Below, piece after piece: positions 35,760 to 44,916 of a DNA stretch of 64,000 nucleotides. The notes below the pieces were generated by a model, which was not told where the DNA came from, ran no database searches, and saw nothing but the letters and a program-made list of their open reading frames with translations. The DNA is from Pirellulales bacterium (lineage in GTDB: Bacteria > Planctomycetota > Planctomycetia > Pirellulales > JAEUIK01). Location: positions 160,197-224,196 of the forward strand of contig JAHBXR010000005.1 in assembly GCA_019636335.1 (NCBI GenBank), given 5' to 3'. The translations under genes and the position numbers were made by a program. Numbering within the stretch: the stretch's first letter is position 1; the number at the start of each line of letters is the position of its first letter.

Positions 35760-37184
35760 ATGACCGTTCGGAACATTTCTCTGCTCGCACTACTGATTGG
35801 CGCGAGCCTGATTGCCTTGGTCTCCTCGGCGCGGGGGGTCGACGTGGGCTTCGCCTCGGGCGATATCACACCCGACGTCCAAGGCAAGAAACCGGTCTGG
35901 ATTGCCGGCTACGGTCAGAATCGCCGCGCCACGGGGGTACACGATCCGCTCTTTACCCGGGCGATCGTCCTGCGCGACGGCCAGGACAAGATCGCGCTGG
36001 TGGCGAACGACGTGGTGGGCTTGCAGTATCCAACGGTCAAGCAGATCCGCGAGAGCTTGAAAGACTTCACCTACGTGCTGGTCGCCAGCACGCACAATCA
36101 CGAAGGTCCCGACACGATCGGCATGTGGGGGCCTTCGCCCATCGCGAGCGGCGTGGACAAGGATTGGATCGATACGATGGTCGCCCAGACGGTCGAGACG
36201 GTGCGGGCCGCCGAAGCCGCCGCCGTGCCCGCCAAGGCCAGCTATGGCACCGCCCAGGACGACACGCTGCTCCGCGATTCGCGCATTCCCAAGGTATACG
36301 ACGGCGTCTTGCGCGCCCTGCGTTTCAATGCCGTCGACGACGGTCGACTGCTGGGACTGCTCGTGCAGTGGAATTGCCATCCCGAGTGCATGGGCAGCCA
36401 GAACACGCAGATCACGGCCGACTTTCCCTGGGCGACGATCAAGACGCTCGAGGAAAAATACAACGACTGCCCGATCGTCTATTTCAGTGGCGCCGTGGGT
36501 GGTCTGATGGCCCCGCCGCGCGAAGGACGCATCAAGGACGCCGACGGAAAGACGCTGGGCGAAGGAGACTTCGAGTTCTGCCGTCTGTATGGCGAAGAGG
36601 TCGGCCAGCTAGCCGCCCAGGCGATCGAATCGTCGACGCCGCTCGAGCTGGCGCCGTTCACCTTCGCGGCCAAGCCGATCAGCGTGCCGATGCAGAATCC
36701 CGTCTACCAGATGGGGCGCATGCTGGGCATCCTCAAGCGTGACGGCTTCGTCTGGACCGGCAACTCCGACGAGATCGGTCCGGTGATGAAGCGGGGCAAG
36801 TCGAAGGAATTGCCCGCCGCGGAAACCGAAGTCTCCTACGTGCGCTTGGGCGACCTGCACATCGCGGGGATCCCCGGCGAGGTCTATCCCGAATCGGTGT
36901 ACGGCCAGTACCAGGAACCGGTCGAGCCGAACGCCGACTTCGCCGACGCGCCGCTCGAACCGTCGATCGAAAGCCTGATGCCGGGCGACAAGTGGCTGCT
37001 GATCGGCCTGGCCAACGACGAGTTGGGCTACATCGTGCCGAAGCGTCAGTGGGACAACGAAGCCCCGTTTGCCTACGGCCGCAGCGAGCGGCAATATGGC
37101 GAAGAGAATAGCATCGGCCCCGAGACCGCGCCGCTGTTGATCCGTGCCCTCGAAATGCGAGTGAAAGAGGCCAACGCCAAATGA
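35760..37184 (+). CDS. Secreted neutral/alkaline ceramidase N-terminal-domain-like hydrolase
   Basis: ORF 35721..37184. I prefer ATG 35760 (MTVRNISLLALLIGASLIALVSSARG signal). Motifs GFASGDITPD, WIAGYGQNRRATGVHDPLFTRAIVL, ASTHNHEGPDT. Confidence 0.65.
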   Translation: MTVRNISLLALLIGASLIALVSSARGVDVGFASGDITPDVQGKKPVWIAGYGQNRRATGVHDPLFTRAIVLRDGQDKIALVANDVVGLQYPTVKQIRESLKDFTYVLVASTHNHEGPDTIGMWGPSPIASGVDKDWIDTMVAQTVETVRAAEAAAVPAKASYGTAQDDTLLRDSRIPKVYDGVLRALRFNAVDDGRLLGLLVQWNCHPECMGSQNTQITADFPWATIKTLEEKYNDCPIVYFSGAVGGLMAPPREGRIKDADGKTLGEGDFEFCRLYGEEVGQLAAQAIESSTPLELAPFTFAAKPISVPMQNPVYQMGRMLGILKRDGFVWTGNSDEIGPVMKRGKSKELPAAETEVSYVRLGDLHIAGIPGEVYPESVYGQYQEPVEPNADFADAPLEPSIESLMPGDKWLLIGLANDELGYIVPKRQWDNEAPFAYGRSERQYGEENSIGPETAPLLIRALEMRVKEANAK

Positions 37185-39166
37185 CGACGGAACATCTTGC
37201 AGGAAGCACCCGTTCGTTCCGCACGGTCCCCCAGCTTTGCTGGATCCTCGGCATCGCTGTTGTGCTCGCGATGAATCTCGATTCGCGCGCCGACGAGCCG
37301 GTCGATCCGCATCGGCCCGCGGCCATCGCGACGACCGGCGTGCCGGTGGTGCCCGAGGCGCTCTTCGACCGGCTGAACCAGTATCAGAACGTGCGCGCGG
37401 CGGGATTCTCTGGTTGGGCCCCGACCAAGGATGGCCTGCTGATTCAGACGCGGTTCGGCAATTCGATTCAATTGCACCGCGTCTATGAACCGGCGGGGCG
37501 CCGCGAGCAGATCACGTTCTTCGACGAGCCCGTCGGCGGCACGTTCATTCCCGAGGCGCGCGACGGCGCGATCGTGCTCTCGATGTCGTCCGGCGGGGAC
37601 GAGAATAATCAGCTCTATCTGCTCGATCGCACGAACGGCCGCGCAACGCTCTTGACCGACGGCAAGTCGCGGAACCTGCGGGGGCCGATTCTGGACGATG
37701 GCCGGCAGATGATCGTTGCCAGCAACCGGCGCAACGGCCGCGATACGGATCTCTACACGGCCGATCCGCGACGGCCCGACTCGATGAAGATGCTCTTCGA
37801 GGTCGATGGCCAGTTCTGGAGCGCGACCGATTGGAGCCGCGACGGATCGCTCGTCGGCATGCTGCGTTTCGTCTCGGGAACCGAATCGTATCCCGGCTAC
37901 CTGCGCGTGGGGGACAAGAAGCTGACGATGTTCGATATCCCCGGCGGCGATACGGCCAGCTCGGGGGGCGTCGTCTTCACGCCCGACGCGGGCTCCGCCT
38001 ATCTCACGTCCGATGCGCGCGGCGAATTCCACGAGCTCGCGCGAGTAAAGCTCGACACGCAGAAGCTCGACTGGCTCACCGGCGACATTCCCTGGAACGT
38101 GACCGATGTCGAGGTTGATCCGCAAACAGGGCAGGTGGCGTTCGTCGTGAACGATGACGGGGCGAGCCGCCTCTATCTGCTCGAGGGCAACAAGTACGCG
38201 CCGGTCGAGTTGCCACTGGGCATCATCGCCGGACTCGAGTTCTCGCCCGACTCGACGCGTCTCGGTTTCACGTTGGCGCGGCCCGAGGCGCCGGCCGACG
38301 TCTATTCGCTCTCGCTTGGCGACAAGCAACTGACGCGCTGGACCTATAGCGAGATCGGCGGGCTGAACCCACAGGGTTTTGTCGTGCCGACGCGGATTCG
38401 CTATCCGTCGTTCGACGGTCGCGAGATTCCGGCCTACTACTTCCGACCGCCGACGGCCTCGAAAGAAAAGCGTGCCCCGGTCTTGATCAATATTCACGGT
38501 GGACCCGAGTCGCAGTATCGCCCCATCTTCTCCGGCATGACGCAGTATCACGTGGGCGAGATGGGCATCGCCGTCATCGCGCCCAACGTGCGCGGGTCGG
38601 ACGGTTACGGCAAGACCTACCTCAAGCTCGATAACGCGGAGCTGCGAGAAGACAGCGTCAAGGACATCGGCGCCTTGCTGGATTGGATCGCCCAACAGCC
38701 GGAGCTCGATCCCGAGCGCGTGGCGGTCGCCGGCGGATCGTACGGCGGCTACATGGTGCTGGCGTCGCTGGTGAACTTTCCCGAGCGCATTCGCGCGGGG
38801 ATCGATCGCGTGGGCATCGCCAACTTCATCACGTTCCTCGAACGAACGAGTGCCTATCGCCAGGACCTGCGTCGCGCGGAATACGGCGACGAGCGCGATC
38901 CGAAGATGCGGGCCTTCTTCGAGAAGATCAGCCCAGCCAACCGCGTCGACCAGATTCAATCGGCCCTGCTCGTGGCGCACGGCATCAACGACCCGCGTGT
39001 CCCGTTTGCCGAGGCGCAGCAGATCGCCGAAAAAGTCCGCGCGGCCGGCCGCCCCGTGTGGACCGTGTATGCCGACAATGAAGGTCACGGCTTCGCCAAG
39101 AAAGACAACGCCGACTACCTGAACGCGGTCGAGGTGCTGTTCTTGGAAGAAAACCTGGTGAAGTAG
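37181..39166 (+). CDS. S9 family serine peptidase (beta-propeller plus alpha/beta hydrolase domain)
   Basis: ATGA overlap with the upstream gene. Nucleophile elbow GGSYGGYM, with HGINDPRVP and DNEGHGF as the Asp and His contexts. N-terminal propeller-like repeats. Confidence 0.9.
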   Translation: MTTEHLAGSTRSFRTVPQLCWILGIAVVLAMNLDSRADEPVDPHRPAAIATTGVPVVPEALFDRLNQYQNVRAAGFSGWAPTKDGLLIQTRFGNSIQLHRVYEPAGRREQITFFDEPVGGTFIPEARDGAIVLSMSSGGDENNQLYLLDRTNGRATLLTDGKSRNLRGPILDDGRQMIVASNRRNGRDTDLYTADPRRPDSMKMLFEVDGQFWSATDWSRDGSLVGMLRFVSGTESYPGYLRVGDKKLTMFDIPGGDTASSGGVVFTPDAGSAYLTSDARGEFHELARVKLDTQKLDWLTGDIPWNVTDVEVDPQTGQVAFVVNDDGASRLYLLEGNKYAPVELPLGIIAGLEFSPDSTRLGFTLARPEAPADVYSLSLGDKQLTRWTYSEIGGLNPQGFVVPTRIRYPSFDGREIPAYYFRPPTASKEKRAPVLINIHGGPESQYRPIFSGMTQYHVGEMGIAVIAPNVRGSDGYGKTYLKLDNAELREDSVKDIGALLDWIAQQPELDPERVAVAGGSYGGYMVLASLVNFPERIRAGIDRVGIANFITFLERTSAYRQDLRRAEYGDERDPKMRAFFEKISPANRVDQIQSALLVAHGINDPRVPFAEAQQIAEKVRAAGRPVWTVYADNEGHGFAKKDNADYLNAVEVLFLEENLVK

Positions 39167-39249
39167 GCGCGGTGAAGCCTGGTCGATTGCGGTTCGGAAT
39201 TGAAGTGGGGAACCACCGGGTGGTTGAGCCTCGAGCATCAGCTACAACA

Positions 39250-39681
39250 TCACGCGGTTGGTTTACCAGGTTCAACCGCGCGCAGCTCGTTGAGCAATTC
39301 GATGTCCGATAGGATACGGATGCCATTCGCCTGGCAGATGGCAAGCACCTGCGGGTGCAACAGGTGCCGGTCACGGGTACAGAGCACGTCGACTCGTCCG
39401 ACGATGGAAGTTTGCACCAAGGCCGCGTCCTTCGGGTCGTCGGGGACATATGGCGGAATTGTGGCCGGAAGCTGGATCTCTTCCGCCGCCTCTCGCACGG
39501 CGACGACGAATTCCACTACCTCGTCATTGTCGAGTTGCAAAGACCTTTGCACTCGAGGCCGTCTTAGGACATCCTCAATATAGAGCCGCTGGTTGTCTTC
39601 AAGCTGGTGTCCGAGCAATGCCTCCACCAGGCGGCGTTGCGATTCGTCGAGAGTCGTCACGTCGCGGATGATCGATTCCAT
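39250..39681 (-). CDS. Hypothetical protein with a PIN_3-like C-terminal half (degenerate PIN)
   Basis: ORF 39250..39720, with an alternative ATG at 39681 (MESIIRDV). The C-terminal block PDDPKDAALVQTSIVGRVDVLCTRDRHLL...GIRILSDIELLNEL resembles the DpxDDxfL...AdylVTgDkdLL block of PIN-family toxins. The N-terminal DTNV-type strand is not recognisable. Confidence 0.45.
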   Translation of the reverse strand: MESIIRDVTTLDESQRRLVEALLGHQLEDNQRLYIEDVLRRPRVQRSLQLDNDEVVEFVVAVREAAEEIQLPATIPPYVPDDPKDAALVQTSIVGRVDVLCTRDRHLLHPQVLAICQANGIRILSDIELLNELRAVEPGKPTA

Positions 39682-39716
39682 AGCAGACTTATACCACCTG
39701 TCCGCTCGATGGGCGC

Positions 39717-40046
39717 TCACACCTCGCCGAGCGATCCCAGGCTGGAGAGGAACTCGGCCATTTCGCCGGCGGCGTGATCGTTGCCCTGCACGCGGGCCTG
39801 CTCGATGCCGATCCGCAGGACGTCGCGGGCCTCGGCGATGCGGCTGAGCCGGGCGAGTTGCTGGGCCGACATGAAGAAGGCCGGCACGTAGGGGGGCTCG
39901 TCGGTCATCAACCCGGCGAACTCGGCCAGGCTGCGGTCGTGTTCGCCCGCCTTGTCCAGTTCCATCGCCAGGCTATAGCGCAGGAAGGCGTCTCGGGGAT
40001 CCTCGGCCAGCATGGCCTCGATCTTTTCGCGTCGCGAGGTGCTCAT
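39717..40046 (-). CDS. Small TPR-like repeat protein
   Basis: 109 aa, helical repeat pattern (DPRDAFLRYSLAMELDKAGEHDRSLAEFAGLM...PAFFMSAQQLARLSRIAEARDVL). Confidence 0.65.
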   Translation of the reverse strand: MSTSRREKIEAMLAEDPRDAFLRYSLAMELDKAGEHDRSLAEFAGLMTDEPPYVPAFFMSAQQLARLSRIAEARDVLRIGIEQARVQGNDHAAGEMAEFLSSLGSLGEV

Positions 40047-40090
40047 GCGGCGTATCGTCGCATAACCACCGCGGCTGGTCGAGCCCCGAT

Positions 40091-41737
40091 CTACGGCACG
40101 AATTCGGGGGTGGGCAGGGGAGCATCGGCCGCTGCGGGGACTTCTGCCGCGTTGGCGATCGGCGTTTCGTCGAGCGTGGCGGCCGCGACTTCCAGGGCGG
40201 GCAGTTCGACCGTGGCCCCACGGAGCTGGCCGTTCCGTTCGACGACCAGATCGAGCGAACCCTCGAGTGACGAGGCCAGCGCGGCGAAATCCTTGCTTGT
40301 GAGGAAAGTACGTCCGCCGAATTCGTGGATGCGATCGTTCACTTGCAGTCCCGCCAGATCGGCCGGCGAGCCCGGCACGACGCGGCTGAGGATCACGCAG
40401 CCCGGCTCGGCGTCGTCGACACGCCAGGTCACGCCCAGTCGCAGCGGCGAGCCGGCCAACTCGACGGGCAGCTCGAGGGGCTTTTCTTCTCCCTCGCGTT
40501 CGATGACCGCCTGGGTCGGGCTTTTCGAGGCGATCACCAAGGAACGCAAATCAACCCCTTCGACCAACGGTTTGCCGTCGAAACCGACGATGCGATCTCC
40601 CACCTTGATGCCGGCCTTGGCGGCGGGCGAACCGGGCACGACGCGCGTCACGCGCACGCCGCTGGCCGACTTGTCGTCCGGATCCCACACGACGCCGAAG
40701 CGGCCCACGAGGGGCGGCAACGGTCGATCGAGATTACGCTGCAACGAAACCGTCTCTTGCCGCGACTGCGCGCGGAACGGCGGCAAGGCGTCGGCATCGG
40801 CCATGGCGCCCAGCGTGCCGACCATGAGCTTGGAGATTTGTTGAACTCCCTCGGCGTTGATCTTTTCGGCATCGTCGCTGGGGCGGTGATAGTCGTCGTG
40901 CAGGCCGGTGTGAAGCATCAAGTAGGGAATGTTGCGCTTGAAGAACGAGTGGTGGTCGCTGTTGTCGGCGTTCTCCCAATTGAAGTCGACCTTCACGCCG
41001 GCGCCGGCATTGCCGCGACTGATGAATTGGCGATAGCCCGCTCCGGTGCGGATGCCGGAGACCTCGAGCCCCTTGGCTCGCAGTCGACCGATCATGTCCA
41101 TGTTGATGGCCGCCTTCACGCGAGCGAGCGCGATCGTCGGATTACCGGCCCAATGCTCGGAGCCGAGCAGCCCCTTTTCCTCTCCGTCCCAAAAGGCAAA
41201 CAGGATCGAGCGCCGAGGTCGCGGTTCTAACTTGCCAAAGGCATCGATCACCTCGAGCAACCCCGAGGTGCCGCTGGCGTTGTCATCGGCGCCGTTGTGG
41301 ATGAAGCCCGTCGGGCCGTAGCTGTTCGAAGGAGTGCCATAGCCGACGTGGTCGTAGTGCGCCCCGACCACGATCACTTCATGTTTCAACTCGGGATCGC
41401 TCCCTTCGAGCAGGCCGAGCACGTTGCGATAGCCATTGCCGAAGACCTGAAAGTAGCCTCCCTTGGCGGCTCCCCCGGCGATGCCGGCCTTCTCGAACCG
41501 CTCGCGCAGATAATTGCCGGCGGCATGTCCGCCACGGCTGCCCGCCTCGCGTCCCTCGAAGGTGTCGTCGGCCAGGCGATCGATGTGCGTGCGAACTTCA
41601 TCGACGGTGACCGAATCGAGCGCCGCGGCGTAGGCTTTGGCTCGCGCGGCGGTCGTTTCGGCCGACTCGGCGGCCAACGACCAGGACGCGATGCCCGAGA
41701 CAACAATCGCCAGCGACAGTGACAAGAGGTGACGCAT
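40091..41737 (-). CDS. Secreted M28 family aminopeptidase with two C-terminal PDZ domains
   Basis: ORF 40091..42100. I prefer ATG 41737 (MRHLLSLSLAIVVSGIASWSLAAE signal). M28 motifs: VGAHYDHVGYG, NGADDNASGTSGLLEV. PDZ motifs: VVPGSPAAKAGIKVGDRIV and VVPGSPADLAGLQVNDRI. Confidence 0.85.
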   Translation of the reverse strand: MRHLLSLSLAIVVSGIASWSLAAESAETTAARAKAYAAALDSVTVDEVRTHIDRLADDTFEGREAGSRGGHAAGNYLRERFEKAGIAGGAAKGGYFQVFGNGYRNVLGLLEGSDPELKHEVIVVGAHYDHVGYGTPSNSYGPTGFIHNGADDNASGTSGLLEVIDAFGKLEPRPRRSILFAFWDGEEKGLLGSEHWAGNPTIALARVKAAINMDMIGRLRAKGLEVSGIRTGAGYRQFISRGNAGAGVKVDFNWENADNSDHHSFFKRNIPYLMLHTGLHDDYHRPSDDAEKINAEGVQQISKLMVGTLGAMADADALPPFRAQSRQETVSLQRNLDRPLPPLVGRFGVVWDPDDKSASGVRVTRVVPGSPAAKAGIKVGDRIVGFDGKPLVEGVDLRSLVIASKSPTQAVIEREGEEKPLELPVELAGSPLRLGVTWRVDDAEPGCVILSRVVPGSPADLAGLQVNDRIHEFGGRTFLTSKDFAALASSLEGSLDLVVERNGQLRGATVELPALEVAAATLDETPIANAAEVPAAADAPLPTPEFVP

Positions 41738-41929
41738 GATGGATCGCGGGGCAGGGGGTGCGGGGGCTGGCTCGAGTGCGTCGTTCCAGGCCGGGAAATC
41801 GTTACGCGCGGACCTTGAGCTTCCAAGTATACGCCAGAAACCGAGCCTGACCGCGCCCCCTTTCCTACGCGGTAAATCCGGTATCCTGGGCAGACTTCTC
41901 CGGCACCTTCCCCCCTGATCGCTCCCCGC

Positions 41930-42364
41930 ATGTCCACGCACCACCGCGACCATTCTGCATCGGACGCACGGCGCCCGCTGCTGGCGATCGACATTGGTGG
42001 CGAAGGCCGTCACGCGCACGCCTGGAACGTGAATACCGCCGGCACGAAGACGATCGGCCGCGAGCGTGGCGAGCCCATTCCGCGGCTCATCGTAGCGCAC
42101 GCCTCGCGTCTACCCTTCGCCAAGGCAAGCGTCGACGAGGTGTTCCTGGAACGAACGCCCCTCACGCGCGCGGCGCTGTTGGAGATCGCGCGGGTGGTAC
42201 GAGTCGGCGGACGTGTCGTCCTGCGACACGTACCGTACGACGACCGCGATCGTCATGCGTTGGCGATCCGCCTCATCCCTGGCGCCGTCACGCGCGGCGC
42301 GGCCACCCTCGGCAGCCAGACCGTGCTCGAAACGATCATATGTGTGGCCGAGCTCCTCACGTAA
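41930..42364 (+). CDS. Small hypothetical protein, distantly class-I methyltransferase-like
   Basis: ATG at 41930. The pattern LAIDIGGEG...ASRLPFAKASVDEVFLERTP...EIARVVRVGGRVVL resembles a Methyltransf_11 core, but the GxGxG motif is degenerate. Confidence 0.4.
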   Translation: MSTHHRDHSASDARRPLLAIDIGGEGRHAHAWNVNTAGTKTIGRERGEPIPRLIVAHASRLPFAKASVDEVFLERTPLTRAALLEIARVVRVGGRVVLRHVPYDDRDRHALAIRLIPGAVTRGAATLGSQTVLETIICVAELLT

Positions 42365-42516
42365 CACGGGCTTATTCCATTCGTTCGAGCGTCACCGCCA
42401 TCTCGGCGATACCTCGAATCACGGGCGACCACGAAACGACCCGCTGACGAACTTCGGCCAATGCGATATAAGTGGCAACTTGCCTGCCTCAACCGCCATC
42501 CCCCCCGTCGCACGCC

Positions 42517-43515
42517 ATGAATTCCTCGACACGCATCGTGCTCTGCTACCCGATCGAACGACGTCACTTCGACGCCATCCAACGTGCGGCCGGCGAGGCC
42601 GAAGTGGTGGATGCCGGCCAGGAGGGGATCGCCACCGAGATTCACGCGGCCGATATCTTTTGTGGACATGCCAAGGTACCGGTTGATTGGGAGGCGGTCG
42701 TGCGGCAGGGGCGATTGAAGTGGATCCAGTCGTCGGCCGCGGGGCTCGATCACTGCCTGGTGCCGGCGGTGGTGAGCTCCGACATCATCGTCACGAGCGC
42801 CTCGGGCGTGCTGGCCGATCAGGTTACCGAACACACGTTGGGCTTGATCCTAGCGTGGCTCCGCAGCCTGCCGGTTTTTCACCGCGCGCAGGCCAAACGC
42901 GAGTTCATCCGCCGACCGACGCGCGATCTGCACCGCAAGACCATCGGCATCGTGGGGTTCGGCGGCGTCGGTCGCCGCCTTGCCCAGGTGCTGAGCTCGT
43001 TCAAAGTGCGACTGCTGGCGACAGATGTCTTTCCGGTCGATAAGCCCGACTACGTCGAATCGCTGTGGCCGGCCGATCGACTCGACGATCTCTTGCCGCA
43101 GGTCGACATCTTGATTCTTTGCGCGCCCCTGACCTCGACGACGCGGGGCATGATCGGCGCCGCGCGACTGGCAAAGCTGCCACCGCATGCGTTGCTGGTG
43201 AACGTGGCGCGCGGACCGCTGGTCGTCGAGGCCGATCTCGTCGCCGCGCTCGAAGCGGGCAAGTTGGCCGGGGCAGTGGTCGACGTGACCGAAATCGAGC
43301 CGCTACCCGAGTCGAGCAAGCTGTGGGATCTACCCAACGTGATCATCACGCCTCACGTCGGCGGCCAGAGCGCCCGGCGGGCAGACGACATGACCGAGTT
43401 CTTTGTCGAGAATCTTCGCCGCTGGCGGGGGGGGGAGCCGCTGAACAATCTGGTCGACAAGCAGCTTGGGTTTCCCGTGAGATATGCCGCGGCGACCCAA
43501 CGGCAGCGTCGCTAA
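42517..43515 (+). CDS. D-isomer-specific 2-hydroxyacid dehydrogenase family protein
   Basis: ORF 42472..43515. I prefer ATG 42517. NAD-binding GIVGFGGVGRRLA, then LVNVARG and ITPHVGG. Confidence 0.9.
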   Translation: MNSSTRIVLCYPIERRHFDAIQRAAGEAEVVDAGQEGIATEIHAADIFCGHAKVPVDWEAVVRQGRLKWIQSSAAGLDHCLVPAVVSSDIIVTSASGVLADQVTEHTLGLILAWLRSLPVFHRAQAKREFIRRPTRDLHRKTIGIVGFGGVGRRLAQVLSSFKVRLLATDVFPVDKPDYVESLWPADRLDDLLPQVDILILCAPLTSTTRGMIGAARLAKLPPHALLVNVARGPLVVEADLVAALEAGKLAGAVVDVTEIEPLPESSKLWDLPNVIITPHVGGQSARRADDMTEFFVENLRRWRGGEPLNNLVDKQLGFPVRYAAATQRQRR

Positions 43516-43744
43516 TCTTCGTCGCATCGTCGCGCGAGCAGGGGCGCCGGCACTCCGGCGTGCTACGTCGATCTCCTTTGAATCGAGTGCCACCCACCAC
43601 CCTTGACCAAAACCTCAAGGGTTAACGGGGCAGTTTGGAACGGGGTGGCCGAACGTCGATCTGGACTCCGTTCGCCAAAACGGTGTAAATTGCCAGCGTC
43701 TTCCTGGCAGGGAATTGCCGGTTCGCAACAAGGCGGATTGCAAC

Positions 43745-44848
43745 ATGGTTTCGACGACGTTTCATCAGGAACATCCCACGCTCACGCTCGAGGGACAGCC
43801 GGCCGAACGCTGTCCCGATGAGCTGCTCGAGAGCTACTCGGCCATTGTCGACGAACAACGGCTGAGCTGGACGGTTCACCACCGTCTGATTCGTCGCTTG
43901 GGGGCCGGCGGACAGGGGGTGGTCTATCTCAGCGAGCGGCGCGGAACGGATCAGTTCACGCTGCCCGTGGCGCTGAAGATCTTTTCACCCCAGCGTTACC
44001 CGGACGCGCGCACCTACGAAGAAGCGATGGCCCGCATCGCCGACGTCGCCGCGCGCGTGGCGCTGGTGCAGCAGGATCACCTGCTTGACGTCCACAACTT
44101 CGTCGACCGCAATCGCATCCGCATGATGGAGATGGAGTGGGTCGACGGCTACGACCTGAGCCGCCTGCTGACGCCGACGATGCTCGAGCACGTGCGTCAC
44201 CGCGTGAGCAACCGGCGCTGGGAATACCTGAACAACGTCATCGTGACGGCGGGGCCGGTACAGCCGAGATTGAAGCCCGGCATCGCCATCGCCGTGATTC
44301 GCGATTGCCTGGCGGCGCTGGCGGCCCTGCATCGCGAGGGGATCGCGCACGGCGATCTGAAGACGTCGAACATCATGCTCAAGCGCACCGGCAGTGCGAA
44401 GATCATCGACATCGGTTCGGCGTTCGACATGGACAACGCGCCGCAGCGACGCACCTGCACGCCGAACTACACGGCGCCGGAGATTCTCGAAGGGGGCGAT
44501 TACTCGCCCCGCGCCGATCTGGCCAGCCTGGGCTACGTGCTGGTCGAGATGCTGGCCGGCGCGCCGCTGTTCACGCATTGCACGAATTTTCGCGAGCTGC
44601 TCGAGGCGAAGCGCCTGCTCGTGCAACGCTTGCCCGAGATTCTGCCGTACGAGGTCGTCTGCAACGAGTTGCTGATGAACTTCTGCCGTTGCCTGATCGC
44701 TCCCGATCCGATGCGCCGCTTTCCCAATGCCGAAGCGGCCGACCTGGTGAAGGAAGGCGCGGCGAGCTTCCACCGCCAACTGGTGAAGGGGGATCTCGCC
44801 AGCGAATACGACAACGAAATCCGACTCTGGCTCGAAGAGTTGGAGTAA
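43745..44848 (+). CDS. Ser/Thr protein kinase (Hanks type, non-RD)
   Basis: The track ORF starts at TTG 43715; I prefer ATG 43745. Motifs: G-loop LGAGGQGVVY, VALKIF, catalytic loop IAHGDLKTSNIML, DIGSAF, TAPE. Confidence 0.85.
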   Translation: MVSTTFHQEHPTLTLEGQPAERCPDELLESYSAIVDEQRLSWTVHHRLIRRLGAGGQGVVYLSERRGTDQFTLPVALKIFSPQRYPDARTYEEAMARIADVAARVALVQQDHLLDVHNFVDRNRIRMMEMEWVDGYDLSRLLTPTMLEHVRHRVSNRRWEYLNNVIVTAGPVQPRLKPGIAIAVIRDCLAALAALHREGIAHGDLKTSNIMLKRTGSAKIIDIGSAFDMDNAPQRRTCTPNYTAPEILEGGDYSPRADLASLGYVLVEMLAGAPLFTHCTNFRELLEAKRLLVQRLPEILPYEVVCNELLMNFCRCLIAPDPMRRFPNAEAADLVKEGAASFHRQLVKGDLASEYDNEIRLWLEELE

Positions 44849-44916
44849 GCACGCCTGGAACGATGCCGAACGGATGCGGCCCGCCTGCAAGGTCACCCCC
44901 CTCAGGGAATGCTGCC

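Noticed and set aside
39205-39235. GC-rich hairpins in convergent gaps: AACCACC-G-GGTGGTT at ~39211-39225, GCCCCG-GCG-CGGGGC at ~55699-55713, and two 5-bp hairpins at ~13954-13990.
   Set aside because: The stems are short or the loops are sterically implausible, and no U-tract follows on either strand. They cannot be supported as intrinsic terminators, unlike the 14-bp stem plus T-run at 49809-49849.
43705-43718. TGGCAG-N4-TTGC just upstream of the kinase start, resembling a sigma54 -24/-12 element.
   Set aside because: The GG and GC dinucleotides are separated by 9 nt rather than the required 10, and sigma54 promoters do not tolerate this spacing change.
44137-44916. The upstream extension of track ORF 44137-46041, which would give a 634-aa protein overlapping the kinase gene.
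   Set aside because: The extension is a frame-shifted shadow of the kinase gene. A signal peptide and the hydrolase homology start at the in-frame ATG 44917.
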